From a virus (taxonomy: Duplodnaviria > Caudoviricetes), in IMG/VR virus record IMGVR_UViG_3300020137_000001, positions 6,386 to 70,385 of that record: a DNA stretch of 64,000 nucleotides; one strand, given 5' to 3'. The position numbers were made by a program, and so were the translations under genes. Below are positions 62,840 to 64,000 of this stretch, piece by piece (position 1 is the stretch's first letter; each line of letters opens with the position of its first letter). The notes below the pieces were generated by a model. It did no database searches, was not told the origin of the DNA, and saw nothing but the letters and a program-made list of their open reading frames with translations.

Positions 62840-63292
62840 ATGACAGACAACGCTACGGCCACGCCTCTGCTCAACATCAATATCGACCTGCCGAACAAGC
62901 CGTCGGCTCTGATCATGTTCGCCCTGCGCGACCTGCGCGCGGTCGAGGCCGACCAGCACTATCGCGTCGACATGAACGTGTGGCACGAGCCGCACAAGAA
63001 TATGTGTAGCGTCTGTCTCGCGGGGGCCGTCATGTCGCGAAAGCTGCCCCCGAGCCAGAGCTACGACCCGCTCAGAGACAACTGCATGTTCGACTGCGTC
63101 ACGTCATTTCGCCTGATGGCGCTCGACTACTTCAGGTCTGGCATGATCGACGTGGCGCTCGCGATCATCGACGTCGCTCAGCCCCCCGATCTCCCTGATC
63201 GCTGGTCGGTTCCCGACTACGACAAGGACCCCGAGGGGTTTCGCAAGTCATTGCGGCTGCTGGCGTCTGAGCTGCGAGTGCGAGGGTTGTGA
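62840..63292 (+). CDS. Hypothetical protein
   Basis: Coupled array; WH......CSVCLAGAV motif. Confidence 0.65.
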   Translation: MTDNATATPLLNINIDLPNKPSALIMFALRDLRAVEADQHYRVDMNVWHEPHKNMCSVCLAGAVMSRKLPPSQSYDPLRDNCMFDCVTSFRLMALDYFRSGMIDVALAIIDVAQPPDLPDRWSVPDYDKDPEGFRKSLRLLASELRVRGL

Positions 63293-63789
63293 GTCGGGCA
63301 ACTCTTCGAATGAGTTGCTCGTCTCACACGCGACGCTCGCCGGACGACGGGCTTCGCGCTCTGTTTCGCAAGCATCTGCGCTCCGGCTTCATCTGGACGA
63401 CCGTCGAGACGGGGGCCGTGACGCAGGGTGTGGCCGACAGCAACTATCTCTCTGACACTGGACTGGAGGGATGGATCGAGTACAAGGCCACACGCGCCTT
63501 CGCGGTCAAGTTCAGGCCGCTTCAGATCGGCTGGCATCTTCGTCGACACCGCTATGGTGGCACGACGTGGATCGCCGTGCGACGACGACCCGGAGACAAT
63601 GTCACCGAACAAGGACACGCGTCCTTGCACGGTGACAGAATCGACGAACTCTATCTATTTCAGGGAGCCGACATCGAGTCGGTGGCCGAGCATGGCTGTC
63701 GCAGCAATCGCGTCGTGCTGCGATGCGAGGGCGGACCCGCGCGCTGGCAATGGCAGGCCGTGCAGCGGCTTCTTTCTCAGCGGTCGTGA
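63289..63789 (+). CDS. PD-(D/E)xK nuclease (VRR-NUC/Holliday junction resolvase-like)
   Basis: VET.....GVAD.......EGWIEYK....RPLQIGW. Confidence 0.75.
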   Translation: MSRATLRMSCSSHTRRSPDDGLRALFRKHLRSGFIWTTVETGAVTQGVADSNYLSDTGLEGWIEYKATRAFAVKFRPLQIGWHLRRHRYGGTTWIAVRRRPGDNVTEQGHASLHGDRIDELYLFQGADIESVAEHGCRSNRVVLRCEGGPARWQWQAVQRLLSQRS

Positions 63790-64000
63790 CCGTTATGTTG
63801 CACTGCATTATTGCGCTGCAACATGCTTTCCGCTGCGCTGCGGCATAAATACCGCACCATCACTGTGGTATGTAGGATGCCCGCTGGCGCGTTTTGGTAT
63901 TGGCGCGGCGTTTGGTAGCCCCCCTGCCCCGGCCAGCGCACCACGGGGTCGCCCTGCCGGGGCAACGCGCCGCCCCGCGCGGTGCGGTGCCTCTAGCCCC

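Larger units (their letters stand above)
1..64000. mobile_element. Tailed dsDNA bacteriophage genome (siphovirus-like, hmU-DNA YuA/M6-like replication module), probably near complete
   Basis: Terminase, portal, major capsid, tail tube, tape measure, lysis, PolA, primase and helicases in operon-like arrays with ATGA/GTGA overlaps; no host housekeeping genes. Confidence 0.97.

Noticed and set aside
1-64000. Integrase, CI repressor, tRNA genes, reverse transcriptase/DGR, dCMP deaminase, amino acid:DNA transferase
   Set aside because: No supporting motifs found by eye; they could lie outside the window or be too divergent to recognise

Overview
The whole window is most of the genome of a tailed dsDNA bacteriophage with siphovirus-type morphology. 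No integrase, repressor, tRNA or CRISPR array was recognised, so it is probably lytic. The host is probably an alphaproteobacterium, based on a GcrA homologue, alphaproteobacterial-style sigma70 promoters and the lysis cassette. Layout: (i) small early genes on the minus strand (1-5.5 kb); (ii) PolA plus a YuA/M6-like hydroxymethyluracil (hmU) pathway: dUMP hydroxymethylase, HD hydrolase, Nmad1, MazG, 5-hmdU DNA kinase P-loop and helical domains. This pathway is extended by a T4 beta-glucosyltransferase-like GT-B enzyme, a base-J/T2-type GT-A glucosyltransferase, a SPASM radical SAM enzyme and a SAM methyltransferase, but has no recognisable amino acid:DNA transferase (6.4-17.8 kb); (iii) replication genes: exonuclease, UvrD, HNH, WYL, AEP primase, SSB-like, SNF2 (17.8-27.6 kb); (iv) lysis, tail, neck and head genes (27.9-60.2 kb). 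These include a second cassette of three glycosyltransferases plus a methyltransferase inside the head operon, a GcrA with two HTH units, a portal fused to an Acb1-like 2H phosphoesterase, and an upstream NusG/RfaH-like factor; (v) a non-coding region with DnaA-box-like repeats and four plus-strand genes (61-64 kb). The best candidate for an undescribed system is a glycosyl-type thymidine hypermodification pathway, followed by a putative virion-glycosylation cassette. Family assignments come from motifs recognised by eye; no database search was run.
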